Shown piece by piece: positions 11,569 through 20,793 of a DNA stretch of 64,000 bases (positions are counted from its first letter, which is position 1; each line of letters starts with the position of its first letter). Below the pieces are notes generated by a model that saw only the letters and a list, made by a program, of their open reading frames with translations, ran no database searches and was not told the origin of the DNA. A program made the position numbers and the translations under genes. The DNA is from a virus, in the IMG/VR virus record IMGVR_UViG_3300020183_000046, positions 14,326 through 78,325 of that record. One strand, written 5' to 3'.

Positions 11569-13664
11569 GCAATCTGCTCGATAAAGGATGAGAGAATCTT
11601 CTTGTTGGACTTCTTGCCGCTCAGGGCTTTTCTAAATGCACTCTTGATCTGTGCTTTAGACGCATCCTCTCCTACTACAAACTCGGTGTCTGTGTCAAGG
11701 CTTTCGTTACGAAGTGCGTAGGAAATGCTGTATGCAGTATGTGGATTGATGTAGCAGCGATTCTTCTTCCACTCTTCATCAGCTTGGATTGAGTAGGTAC
11801 GCCCATAAGGAAGATCGGACATCTTGTAACGATTCCATTCACGACCAGAGAGGATTCGAATCGAAATGATCTCACAGTCAGAGAAACGATCTCGGAAGTT
11901 TTGCACAAAAGTGCTGGTCTGAGCCCACTGATTATGACCAAACTGATAGGTCTTTCCAGTCTTTCTATCGCGAAGCAGACAGTTACCGTAAATAGGATTG
12001 CGAATAATCATAGAAGATCCATCACGATAATTGCGGACTGACTTACTACGGCACATGGGATGACCCTCACCATCAGTCAGATTAATGATGTGAACCTTCT
12101 CGCACTTGTTTTCCTTCTTGAACTTAGGTGCGATATGGAACATAGATAGCACAGCTTCATTCAACGGAGTGCCAGAAAGATGAAGCTTCCTAGCAACAGG
12201 ATAGTATGTCGGAAAGTTTGCACGACCTAAAGTAGCTGCAAGTCTAAAAAGATTGCGGCACTGACGCTCATGCTCGGAGTTGTTGGACTTGCTAGTAAGA
12301 AGAGTCAGCATGGAAAAATCTGGATGAATCCAAATCTTATTTGCCTCTTCATGAGCAAAGTCTCGAAAAGTTTCTGGAGTCCAACCATCACTAAAAGCAT
12401 ACACGGTGTATGCAATACCAACTTTACGGCAGAATAAAACCAGAGCAATCAACTGCTTGAAGGTAGCAAAGATTGTATCCCGCATAGAACCAGACCAATC
12501 AAGGTTAAAGATCAGACCATGGTTCTTGCCCTGCTGAAGGTTGGTAACCTTCTTGAAGAGATCTTCGTTGTACTTATAGGTATGAAGCTTAGTGCAATCC
12601 AGAACACCAGTGCGAGAGGTAGTAGCGCGAGCATATGAGCTTGCAGACTTCTTACACTCAAACTCTTTCACGAGATAGTTGACTTCCTGGGCACAGTTTT
12701 TCTTGAACTGACGATACTCAGAATCTACACGGTAGAAAGATTCACTACTATCATCATAATCATTTGCTTCCCAGGCACCTTGAATGTGCTCATGGACACG
12801 GGAATTGCTAACGATGACTTGGTTCCAATCGAAGTTCGGAACTTCGAGATAATCAAACAATCCGCCGTTGTTGTCAATCAGATCCTTAACAAAGTCGTTA
12901 AAGTTAGAATCAGTCTGAACCTCAACATCATCTGCACCATGATCTTCAAAGTCCTGGGATTCCTGCTTGATCTCAGGAGAACCAGAAAGATCGGAAGGAG
13001 ATTCATTAGTACTATCATCTTCATTCTCCCCATCCTGAGAATCAGAGAAGTCAGATTGAGTAGACTGACCCTGAGATGGTGAAGTGCTCTGAGGAGCATC
13101 AGCATCAAGATCTTCTACTTTCTCTTTGATGGATTCCTTACAGAACTTATAGATAAGCTTTGCAAGCTCAACAGCATCAGCAAAAGTCTCCAGAGAGTTT
13201 GCAATACTCACAAACTCTTTTTCCTCTTCGGAGAAAGGAACGGTAACAAAATTACCAATCTTGAAATGAATGTTCAGACGATCGGCAGTGTTATAGGAAC
13301 TGAGATCGGAATCACCGATAGAGAAGAAGTCTTGGTCGCTGAGATCTTTATATCCACGGAAGAAAGTCTTTGCAAGACCAGGATAGCGACGCTTCATCAA
13401 CTTCTCAACACGAATGTCCTCAGTGACATTCACAAATTGAGTAGGAACCTCGCTCTCAAAAGACCAGTCATTAGGAGTGTAGAGAGCATGTCCAACCTCA
13501 TGCGAGATCAACAAATCAAGAACATCATTACTAGCTTTCTTCCACATAGGAAGAGTGAGCACACGAGTCTCTACGTTGAACTGTGCAGTCTCAACCTGTC
13601 TGTGCTCAACAATCAGATCCTCTTGAGCGAGAAGGCGAGCGAGATGGTCTTTGACGTTGTTCAT
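11565..13664 (-). CDS. CobT-like protein: HEXXH metallopeptidase-like domain, acidic linker and vWA domain
   Basis: HEVGH...EDIRVE; acidic low-complexity linker; MIDAS DWSGSM, GTPL, LTDGE. Confidence 0.85.
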   Translation of the reverse strand: MNNVKDHLARLLAQEDLIVEHRQVETAQFNVETRVLTLPMWKKASNDVLDLLISHEVGHALYTPNDWSFESEVPTQFVNVTEDIRVEKLMKRRYPGLAKTFFRGYKDLSDQDFFSIGDSDLSSYNTADRLNIHFKIGNFVTVPFSEEEKEFVSIANSLETFADAVELAKLIYKFCKESIKEKVEDLDADAPQSTSPSQGQSTQSDFSDSQDGENEDDSTNESPSDLSGSPEIKQESQDFEDHGADDVEVQTDSNFNDFVKDLIDNNGGLFDYLEVPNFDWNQVIVSNSRVHEHIQGAWEANDYDDSSESFYRVDSEYRQFKKNCAQEVNYLVKEFECKKSASSYARATTSRTGVLDCTKLHTYKYNEDLFKKVTNLQQGKNHGLIFNLDWSGSMRDTIFATFKQLIALVLFCRKVGIAYTVYAFSDGWTPETFRDFAHEEANKIWIHPDFSMLTLLTSKSNNSEHERQCRNLFRLAATLGRANFPTYYPVARKLHLSGTPLNEAVLSMFHIAPKFKKENKCEKVHIINLTDGEGHPMCRSKSVRNYRDGSSMIIRNPIYGNCLLRDRKTGKTYQFGHNQWAQTSTFVQNFRDRFSDCEIISIRILSGREWNRYKMSDLPYGRTYSIQADEEWKKNRCYINPHTAYSISYALRNESLDTDTEFVVGEDASKAQIKSAFRKALSGKKSNKKILSSFIEQIA

Positions 13665-13837
13665 ACTGAGGTCTCTTGGATGTACCTACAATACGAAGAA
13701 ACCCCGCGCTTGGCGGGGTTCATGTGACACTTCTTGAAGTGGCTCAGGCGAGCTTTCGCTTGTCTTAGTGCCTGTGGCTTAAGGTGGCGCTTCTTCTCCT
13801 TCTTGGAGTGGTGCTGCCAGTTTGGTACGTTAGTCAC
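13661..13837 (-). CDS. Small basic hypothetical protein (GTG start)
   Basis: GGAGG RBS before GTG at 13837; (M)TNVPNWQHHSKKEKKRHLKPQALRQAKARL... Confidence 0.55.
   Translation of the reverse strand: MTNVPNWQHHSKKEKKRHLKPQALRQAKARLSHFKKCHMNPAKRGVSSYCRYIQETSV
13686..13744 (-). promoter_or_regulatory. Palindromic box + GC hairpin + -10 element upstream of the CobT-like gene
   Basis: GCCACTT-CAAG-AAGTGTCACA, AACCCCGCCAAGCGCGGGGTT, TATTGT. Confidence 0.6.
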
Positions 13838-14150
13838 GTTGCCTCCAGTCGTCGGGTTTGTCTTCGGTGAACCAGTCCACCATGTCATCCACACTATTAA
13901 AACCCCTTCTCCCGAATCTGTCAAGCCCCGTCCCACCAATATCAAGTTGGTTTAAAAAATCATCCATATCTCCCTCCTGCATATCTGGGTTCTCAGCAGT
14001 CCTACGTGCTTGACGGAGGATGGTAGCAGCAGAGCGATTTGCCTTAGCAAGTTTCTCTGCCCAGATCATATCTTCGAGACTTACTTCTTGATGTTTTGCA
14101 ATCTTATCACAGATTCCTTCAAGGCGAAGACGATATTGTGCTGACAGCAT
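13830..14150 (-). CDS. Conserved cyanophage hypothetical protein
   Basis: MLSAQYRLRLE.IC..I...MIWAEKLAKAN...DDWRQRD. Confidence 0.75.
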   Translation of the reverse strand: MLSAQYRLRLEGICDKIAKHQEVSLEDMIWAEKLAKANRSAATILRQARRTAENPDMQEGDMDDFLNQLDIGGTGLDRFGRRGFNSVDDMVDWFTEDKPDDWRQRD

Positions 14151-14183
14151 ATGAAATTTCTAGATGGGGTTGGTTAGCATTAA

Positions 14184-14378
14184 TTACTTGATCCTTGATT
14201 CCAAATCGTTAATCCTATTGAATTCTTGATATGCTCGTTCAGATCTCTCTGAGAGGATATCAGATATATCATTTAGGATAATTTCATTTTCAATTTGCTC
14301 ATCCAGATAATTATCGATCGCTTCTTTCAGATACCTTTTACGATGCCATTCTGGAGTATATGGTTTGTAGTGTGTCAT
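14184..14378 (-). CDS. Hypothetical protein
   Basis: YKPYTPEWHRKRYLKEA; fills intergenic gap in operon orientation. Confidence 0.65.
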   Translation of the reverse strand: MTHYKPYTPEWHRKRYLKEAIDNYLDEQIENEIILNDISDILSERSERAYQEFNRINDLESRIK

Positions 14379-14400
14379 GACAAAATGTATGATTTATTAT

Positions 14401-16119
14401 TTATTCTTCTGTTATAACAGAGAAGTTCTGCTTTTTTTCTATACGAAGAATACTAGCAAACTTATCCTGCAATACATCTGGTTTATGAGAAATAACAAAA
14501 ACATTTGTATTGTCAGAGAATGTCCTAAGGATTTTCATGAAGTCCTCTGTTCCAGAAGTATCCAGACTACTATCAAAAATTTCGTCCAGAATAAGGAGGT
14601 TGGTATTAGCACTGTTCTTCATCTTAGCAATAGTTCTCCAAGTAAACAACAGAGCTAAGTCTATTCGCATCTTTTCACCTTCGCTAAAAGAAGCATAAGA
14701 GAAGTCATCACGATAACGTGACTTGATGGTTTCCTCAAAGTTTTCACTAAGACTAAACGAAACATAAAAGTCCAACTCTTTGAGATAACGGTTGATGAGT
14801 TGGTTCATCACGGGCAGATACCTTTTAATGATCTGGGATTTGATACCAGTATCTTTGAGCATGGAAAGGACAACCTCGTGGTTATCCCTTTTATGTTTTG
14901 TGGAAGAAAGTTCTTTTTCAATCGAAATTCCTTCCTTAGCCAACTCCTTTAATTTTTCTTGTTCCCGTATTAGGTTCGCCCCGCCACCATTTTGCTTTTC
15001 AATTTCTTCTTCAATTTTTCGTATAGAGTCTTGCTTCCACTGGATCTCCCTATTATTGGTAGAGATTTGCTGCTGGAGGTCTTGGTAATTTTTAAGAAAC
15101 TCTTTTTTCTTATTGAGGGATTCAGTGATATCATGGATCTTAACCTTAAGATCTTTTGTAGCGGACTCTAGCTCCTCAATAGAGGATTCAATATTTGATT
15201 TCTTTTCTACTCTAAGTTCTTCAGTTATACTTTGCTTGCAAGTAGGGCACGTATCATTCTCTTCAAAGAATTTATAGTCGCTCTTCAGTTTTTTAGATTT
15301 GTCTTGGAACTTAGATTCGAAGATTTTGAGTTTATCAAACTCATCTTCTACTGTACCACATTCATCGATTTGGTTTTGTATTCCCTCACACAATTCAAGG
15401 TTCTCAATATTGATACCTTGAATCAATTCAATCTCAGATCGAATGGAGTTAATACTCGATTGTCTTTGAACGTTGTTAGCTGCAGACTGCTCCTTCAGAT
15501 CAGCAATAAATCTTTGTTGCAGTTGCACCTTTTCTTTAGCGATCTCCATCTTGTAATCAAGATCTCTAATATCATCCCGAATGATTTTAATTCGATCTTT
15601 AAGAAGAAGATTCATCGTAGAGAAGATCTTGATATCAAGCAAGTCTTCAATAACTTCTCTACGATGCGCTGGAGGAAGCTGCATGAATGGAACAAAAGTA
15701 GATGAACCAAGAATGACAACCTGAGTGAATGACTTGAAATTCAACTTCAGAATGTTTTGCTCTAGGGACCTCTGCTGATCAACAGCTGAAGCTTCTTGAT
15801 TCAACATTTGTCCATTCAGATGTACCTCAAAAATAGAGGGTTTGATTCCACGACGAACAAGATATTCTTTAGAACCAACACTGAACTCTACTTCAACAAG
15901 GCAATCTTTTTCATTAATCGAGTTGATTAACTGGGGTTTGTTGATTTTCCGAAAGGGTTTGTTAAACAGGGCGAAGCAAATCGCATCCAAAAGAGTGGAC
16001 TTGCCAGCACCATTACTACCCACGATCAGAGTAGAAGGACTGTTATCAAGACGCAGTTCAGTAAAAACATTTCCCGTAGAGAGAAAGTTTTTCCAACGTA
16101 TAGACTTGAATATAATCAT
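14401..16119 (-). CDS. g46: Rad50/SbcC-like recombination ATPase (gp46)
   Basis: KNFLSTGN, GSNGAGKST, zinc hook CPTC, FSEGE, LDEIFD. Confidence 0.98.
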   Translation of the reverse strand: MIIFKSIRWKNFLSTGNVFTELRLDNSPSTLIVGSNGAGKSTLLDAICFALFNKPFRKINKPQLINSINEKDCLVEVEFSVGSKEYLVRRGIKPSIFEVHLNGQMLNQEASAVDQQRSLEQNILKLNFKSFTQVVILGSSTFVPFMQLPPAHRREVIEDLLDIKIFSTMNLLLKDRIKIIRDDIRDLDYKMEIAKEKVQLQQRFIADLKEQSAANNVQRQSSINSIRSEIELIQGINIENLELCEGIQNQIDECGTVEDEFDKLKIFESKFQDKSKKLKSDYKFFEENDTCPTCKQSITEELRVEKKSNIESSIEELESATKDLKVKIHDITESLNKKKEFLKNYQDLQQQISTNNREIQWKQDSIRKIEEEIEKQNGGGANLIREQEKLKELAKEGISIEKELSSTKHKRDNHEVVLSMLKDTGIKSQIIKRYLPVMNQLINRYLKELDFYVSFSLSENFEETIKSRYRDDFSYASFSEGEKMRIDLALLFTWRTIAKMKNSANTNLLILDEIFDSSLDTSGTEDFMKILRTFSDNTNVFVISHKPDVLQDKFASILRIEKKQNFSVITEE

Positions 16120-16135
16120 AATGAAAGGACAAAAA

Positions 16136-16399
16136 TTAATCTTCTCTAGGAGGTATCACTATATCGTCGGGAGTTACGATATAGTATGGATGACCATGCT
16201 GCTCGCAAGCTCGCATAGCATTACGGTCTTCCACTTCTACTACTGACATTTCTGGAAAATCATCTGCTTCCAGAAGACCAGCATAGCGCACTGCGTCGTC
16301 TTTGTCAAGAAAAAGGTACACAATCTGCTCACCCTCATCTGAAGTGACAGCATATGCACCTTCTTCTTCATAACCTTTCAGTGCGAGTATGTACATCAA
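16136..16399 (-). CDS. DUF3110-like protein
   Basis: EGAYAV...VYLF.DKDDAVRYAGLLEADDFP...V.EV. Confidence 0.65.
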   Translation of the reverse strand: MMYILALKGYEEEGAYAVTSDEGEQIVYLFLDKDDAVRYAGLLEADDFPEMSVVEVEDRNAMRACEQHGHPYYIVTPDDIVIPPRED

Positions 16400-17442
16400 A
16401 CAAGCTCCAGTGCTTCGACGTACAAAGATTTCAAAAGATTCTTGAGACCAGATTTATCTTGATGCTCAAGGTCATCAACATACTTCTCAAGAATAGTGAG
16501 AGTGTCTTCAGTTTCAATATCAATTTCTTCTCGGAGATCTGATTCGAAAGAAGGGTCCTCGATGATCTTTACTTCATGTACTCCTGCTGCAAAAAGTTGA
16601 GTTACAAAAAAATCAAACTTGTGAGAGTCATTTTTCTTTTCAACTACAACCTTAACAAATTTCTCTGAGTAATCTTTGTACTTAAACTTAGAACTATTTA
16701 CCTTGCTTTCATCATAGTAAATCTTTTCATAGATTTCATATGGATTTTGAATGTACTCAAGTTCAAGAGTGTCTGTGTCAAAGATATGAAATCCTCTTTG
16801 ATCTTTGTAATCATTCCAATAAATTTGGTAAGGATTGCCAAGGTACTTTACATTAGCTCTGGATGACTTGTGATGGTAGTGTCCCGAGAATACTTGCTTG
16901 AACTTTTTATAGCGACCGCTCTCATCACCGTGGTCCATGATGAGTCCTCTACGGACTTCAAATCCGTTGAGCTCAAGGTGCCCCATCGCACACTCGCAAG
17001 TTGTCTTTTCAATAAGTTGGAAAGTTTCTTCAGCATTTTCTTGATTGATCCATGGAACAAACAAAATACCCAAACCACCAATATTCACTTCAGTTGGTTT
17101 TGAGTATATCTTAATATTATCATACTGCCCAAGAACGTTATCCAGGGTGTTGATGTTATTGGTATCTTTAAAGTATGCCGTGTGATTACCAACAACAGAA
17201 TAAACATTCACGCCCATTTTATCTAGGCGGTCGTAATAATTTTTTCTAGCCCAGTGAATAGACCACAAGTCAATATTGCGGCGGTTGTCAAATGTATCAC
17301 CTAAGTCAATTACTACTTTGATGTCACGTTCTTCCAGTGTTGGAAAAAAGATGTTGTTATAAAATTTTAGGAAGAAGTCATGAAAGATTCTGTTTGACTT
17401 TCTTGCTCCAAAATGCTGGTCTGTAATGATCGCTACTTTCAT
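16396..17442 (-). CDS. g47: Mre11/SbcD-like nuclease (gp47)
   Basis: TDQHFG, LGDTFD, GNH, GHLEL, SGHYH. Confidence 0.98.
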   Translation of the reverse strand: MKVAIITDQHFGARKSNRIFHDFFLKFYNNIFFPTLEERDIKVVIDLGDTFDNRRNIDLWSIHWARKNYYDRLDKMGVNVYSVVGNHTAYFKDTNNINTLDNVLGQYDNIKIYSKPTEVNIGGLGILFVPWINQENAEETFQLIEKTTCECAMGHLELNGFEVRRGLIMDHGDESGRYKKFKQVFSGHYHHKSSRANVKYLGNPYQIYWNDYKDQRGFHIFDTDTLELEYIQNPYEIYEKIYYDESKVNSSKFKYKDYSEKFVKVVVEKKNDSHKFDFFVTQLFAAGVHEVKIIEDPSFESDLREEIDIETEDTLTILEKYVDDLEHQDKSGLKNLLKSLYVEALELV

Positions 17443-17507
17443 AATTTAAATACTCGTTACAACTTGCCACCTACGTAACCTTCGTGGGTTGAAATTGGAT
17501 CTGGAAA

Positions 17508-17729
17508 TCATTTCTTCTTTTTATTCTTAGGTTCTTTGTGATCTAGAACTTCAACGTGACTTAAAAAATTACCACCACGCTCAAACCACCTACGCTGCAC
17601 ATCTTCATAATTATCAAAGATAACAGATTCGCCAGTGCTTGTTACTAATTTATAATCGTGACGGAGATATGGTTCGTCAGATGTTTGTCGGAAATAGCGT
17701 GGATCAGAGGGGTCAATAAGCTGAGTCAT
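17508..17729 (-). CDS. Hypothetical protein
   Basis: YFRQTSDEPYLRHDYKLV...F.NYE; ATGA coupling with the upstream ORF. Confidence 0.7.
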   Translation of the reverse strand: MTQLIDPSDPRYFRQTSDEPYLRHDYKLVTSTGESVIFDNYEDVQRRWFERGGNFLSHVEVLDHKEPKNKKKK

Positions 17730-17911
17730 TCGAGTGTAATTGCAGTGCGTGGGGTGTGGGGTGTACGGCGAATAGATGATGCTTTGAATATTTTAGCAAA
17801 GGAAGAGTCCCATACAAGTTCTTCATCTGCTTCTGTTAGCGGACCCCAACGGGAGGTAGCAAGTGCTGATTTAAGTAGTGTTTTAATAAGATCAATCATA
17901 ATCATTTGCAA
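17726..17911 (-). CDS. Hypothetical protein
   Basis: Short ORF in operon orientation; start uncertain. Confidence 0.5.
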   Translation of the reverse strand: MQMIMIDLIKTLLKSALATSRWGPLTEADEELVWDSSFAKIFKASSIRRTPHTPRTAITLE

Positions 17912-17935
17912 TACGTTCTAATTCTTCTTCGTTAC

Positions 17936-18406
17936 TCATTTGATTCTAATCTCTACGTTTTCTTTGATGGTGTTATAGTCCGAAGAAAAATCGTTGTCAT
18001 CAGAATGAAACACTTGTTCATATCCAGATCTAGTAAGAATTTTATTCTTGATTTCTAGCTGACGTTTTTCTTTTTGGATTCTACGCAAGAAAGCATAGTA
18101 GATGATCTGAGTAAAGTAAGCAAAGGGATTGCTTGATTTATCAGGATTAAAGTTCTCGATGTATTGAACGCAGTTCTCAATTCCATCACAGATCATATCC
18201 TCTCTGAACATGTAGTTCACGAAGTTTGGTTTGTATGATAAGTGAGTTGCGATCTTCAGAAAACACTCGCCAATATAATTATTAATTTGAGGACGTGGTT
18301 CACCCTTCTCAGCAGCAACTTTGCACTTGCGTTTGAATTCGATGAGTTCCTCTAAGAATTCTTTGTTATTAACGTAGTGTTCTGATTTTCCAGTTTTCTT
18401 TGTCAT
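17936..18406 (-). CDS. g55: Late transcription sigma factor (gp55)
   Basis: HYVNNKEFL, FVNY..REDMI.DG.EN, NPFAYFTQI...AFLRRI.KEK. Confidence 0.98.
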   Translation of the reverse strand: MTKKTGKSEHYVNNKEFLEELIEFKRKCKVAAEKGEPRPQINNYIGECFLKIATHLSYKPNFVNYMFREDMICDGIENCVQYIENFNPDKSSNPFAYFTQIIYYAFLRRIQKEKRQLEIKNKILTRSGYEQVFHSDDNDFSSDYNTIKENVEIRIK

Positions 18407-18433
18407 TCATACAACATGTATTGATTTTCTATA

Positions 18434-18462
18434 AGTGTAGCAAATTGAACTGCGTAAGTCAA
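18434..18462 (-). promoter_or_regulatory. sigma70-type promoter for g55 (TTGACT-N17-TACACT)
   Basis: Read directly; 17-bp spacer. Confidence 0.7.
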
Positions 18463-18467
18463 GGGGC

Positions 18468-18496
18468 TTGACAGACCCCCCAAAAAACGATACAAT
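18468..18496 (+). promoter_or_regulatory. sigma70-type promoter on the antisense strand (TTGACA-N17-TACAAT)
   Basis: Read directly; 17-bp spacer; no + strand gene downstream. Confidence 0.65.
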
Positions 18497-18532
18497 AACC
18501 CTGTGGAGGGTTCAAAAAATAGTTAATAGCTT

Positions 18533-18916
18533 TTATCTTTTAAATAGATTCTCTAATCTTTTTCTAGCTTCTTCTACAGATCCAAGTCTTCCTATCCCGT
18601 TTGTCTTGTCTACATTCAATTGATTTGAATCACGATTTAATTTTCTCAAAGAGAGCTTGTAGAATACTTCGACTTCTGAACTGACTTCTACAAGTGTGAC
18701 AATTTTTTCTTTTGGAATAATGAATACAGTTTCATTTGAGAACTTCATCCAGGGTCCAACTTTGGCTCCTGCTTTCCTACCGAGTTGAACTTCTTCTACT
18801 TCGATTGGATTCTCAACAATTACATATTCTCCAGCTTCATCATTAACAGGACAAACGACAGCAAGAATCTCTTCACCAGTAATTAGTTTTAGTGCGGCAA
18901 GAAATTCCTCATCCAT
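18533..18916 (-). CDS. Sm-like fold conserved T4-like protein
   Basis: ALKLITGEEILAVV...ENPI...PWMKFS..VFII. Confidence 0.75.
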   Translation of the reverse strand: MDEEFLAALKLITGEEILAVVCPVNDEAGEYVIVENPIEVEEVQLGRKAGAKVGPWMKFSNETVFIIPKEKIVTLVEVSSEVEVFYKLSLRKLNRDSNQLNVDKTNGIGRLGSVEEARKRLENLFKR

Positions 18917-18917
18917 T

Positions 18918-20390
18918 TTAGTTATCTCGAATGCGAACATCGATGAATTCATAATTAAAGTTTTCTTCGTTGTATATTTTTACTCTTTCTACTAAGTGAT
19001 TGAGTGTATAGTTTTTTTTTGATCCTTTTGATATATCGTCAGCAATATCATAAAGTACTGCTTTTCTTTTGTTCTCACCTTTTCTGAGAACGCGCCCGAT
19101 ACTTTGTAAGTTTCTTACTCTTGATTTTGACGGGGAGGCAAATACAACATTATGAAGATTACGAATGTTGATGCCTGTACTAAATGTTCCGTATGATGCA
19201 ACGATGATAGAGTTCGATGTAGTCTCTGCGATTTGTCTAACTTTCTCGCGGTCTTCGACTTCTACTCCCCCGTGTACCAAGAAGACCAATCGATCTTCTC
19301 CAACTTTATTATTTATGAGATCAAATAAAGGCATACCATGACGCTCAACGTAGTTAAACAGCACGAGAGTATTACCCTCAAGATCACACACCAGATTGCG
19401 AATGAATTTGTTTCTACCAGAATGCTCTACAAGGTAATCAATCTCTTGCTGGTAGCTATCAAATGCTTTTGAGTCATGCTTTAGAATAAGAACCTTAATT
19501 TCAAATTCAGAGAGATGCCCCTGTTGAATAAGACTCTCAGTCTTAATGACTTTATTGACAGCACCAAACACACCTTCAAGAACAAGGCGATTGGTTGCAG
19601 TTCCGTCTAATGTACCTGTGAACCCAACGCGGTATTTACAATCATGCAACTTATTCATGATCCCAGTGAGTGACTTAGCTTTAAAGAGATGTGCCTCGTC
19701 TCCAATCACTGCTCCAAAATCATTAAAGTAATTCTTAGGGAGCTTGTAGATAGACTGCCAAGTTGTAATCACCACATCCTTTTTGGAAATCGGAGATTGT
19801 CCACCATATACTTTATGGCAGTGGTGCTTAGCGTTCCAACCATAATCCTCAAAGTCCTTATACATCTGTTCGACCAGCGATGTAGTTGGGACAACGATGA
19901 GTGTCTTTAAATTCTTTTTCTCGAAGTATCTGATAATCGCATAGATCATCAGCGATTTTCCAGATCCAGTCGGAGACAACAGAAGCTTCCTTTTGTTTCT
20001 CAGAGCTTCGTAGATGCCTTTGTATTGATAGTCTCTTACTTTATGTGGTATGTTTAGAGTCTTTACGAATTCTCCGATTCCTTCAGGGGTGACAAACTCA
20101 TCCACTTCTGATGGAAGTCCGTAAAACTTGTTTTCTCTATAGACATATTCATACCCCCTTTCCTTGCAAAAACTTGTAACGTAAGGGAGAAGACCAACAT
20201 AAATCTCGCCCGTACCAGGGGAGAATAATTTGATTTTGCCATCCCAGAACCTCTTCTTATAAGCTGACATGAATTTCGCTTGAGGTACATCAAACGTGAA
20301 CTCGTCAGCTAACTCATATTGTACGTGCGGTTCACAATCAATCTTTAAATAAACCTCGTTCTTCTTTTCGATGATGACACTAGACTTCAT
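18918..20390 (-). CDS. uvsW: UvsW SF2 helicase
   Basis: RDYQ, SPTGSGKS, GDEAH, TGT, QSIGRVLR. Confidence 0.98.
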   Translation of the reverse strand: MKSSVIIEKKNEVYLKIDCEPHVQYELADEFTFDVPQAKFMSAYKKRFWDGKIKLFSPGTGEIYVGLLPYVTSFCKERGYEYVYRENKFYGLPSEVDEFVTPEGIGEFVKTLNIPHKVRDYQYKGIYEALRNKRKLLLSPTGSGKSLMIYAIIRYFEKKNLKTLIVVPTTSLVEQMYKDFEDYGWNAKHHCHKVYGGQSPISKKDVVITTWQSIYKLPKNYFNDFGAVIGDEAHLFKAKSLTGIMNKLHDCKYRVGFTGTLDGTATNRLVLEGVFGAVNKVIKTESLIQQGHLSEFEIKVLILKHDSKAFDSYQQEIDYLVEHSGRNKFIRNLVCDLEGNTLVLFNYVERHGMPLFDLINNKVGEDRLVFLVHGGVEVEDREKVRQIAETTSNSIIVASYGTFSTGINIRNLHNVVFASPSKSRVRNLQSIGRVLRKGENKRKAVLYDIADDISKGSKKNYTLNHLVERVKIYNEENFNYEFIDVRIRDN

Positions 20391-20793
20391 AACCTTTCAA
20401 AAATTTGGCAAACTCAATCGCGTTCTTAATATGGAATGAACGATTGTTAATTGCCGTGATGATGGTCTTTAGTGATTCGACCATCTGGTTATAATACTTA
20501 AGTTTCAGAACCGCTCTTTGATATTCTTCGTCAGAGTCTATGTAGATGCCTACATCTTGTTTGAGAAGTTTAATGTGAAAAGGTTTTTCTGATTTGCCAG
20601 TATAAAATTCCCAACGATCACGGTATACCGATTTTACGGTTAGCTCTTGCTGATCCCGAAGAACCGCAAAACTATTGTATAGTCTTAAATATTTAGCATG
20701 TAATCTGGGGATCGATAATGAGTCATGATCTAATTTTTCATCATCTAAGTGGGAATCCTTTTCCCACATTTCGTCAAGGGTTTCAAGATTCAT
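20380..20793 (-). CDS. uvsY: UvsY recombination mediator
   Basis: W.KDS...IPRLHAKY...Y.G...R.F.IKNAIE; synteny. Confidence 0.93.
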   Translation of the reverse strand: MNLETLDEMWEKDSHLDDEKLDHDSLSIPRLHAKYLRLYNSFAVLRDQQELTVKSVYRDRWEFYTGKSEKPFHIKLLKQDVGIYIDSDEEYQRAVLKLKYYNQMVESLKTIITAINNRSFHIKNAIEFAKFLKGYEV

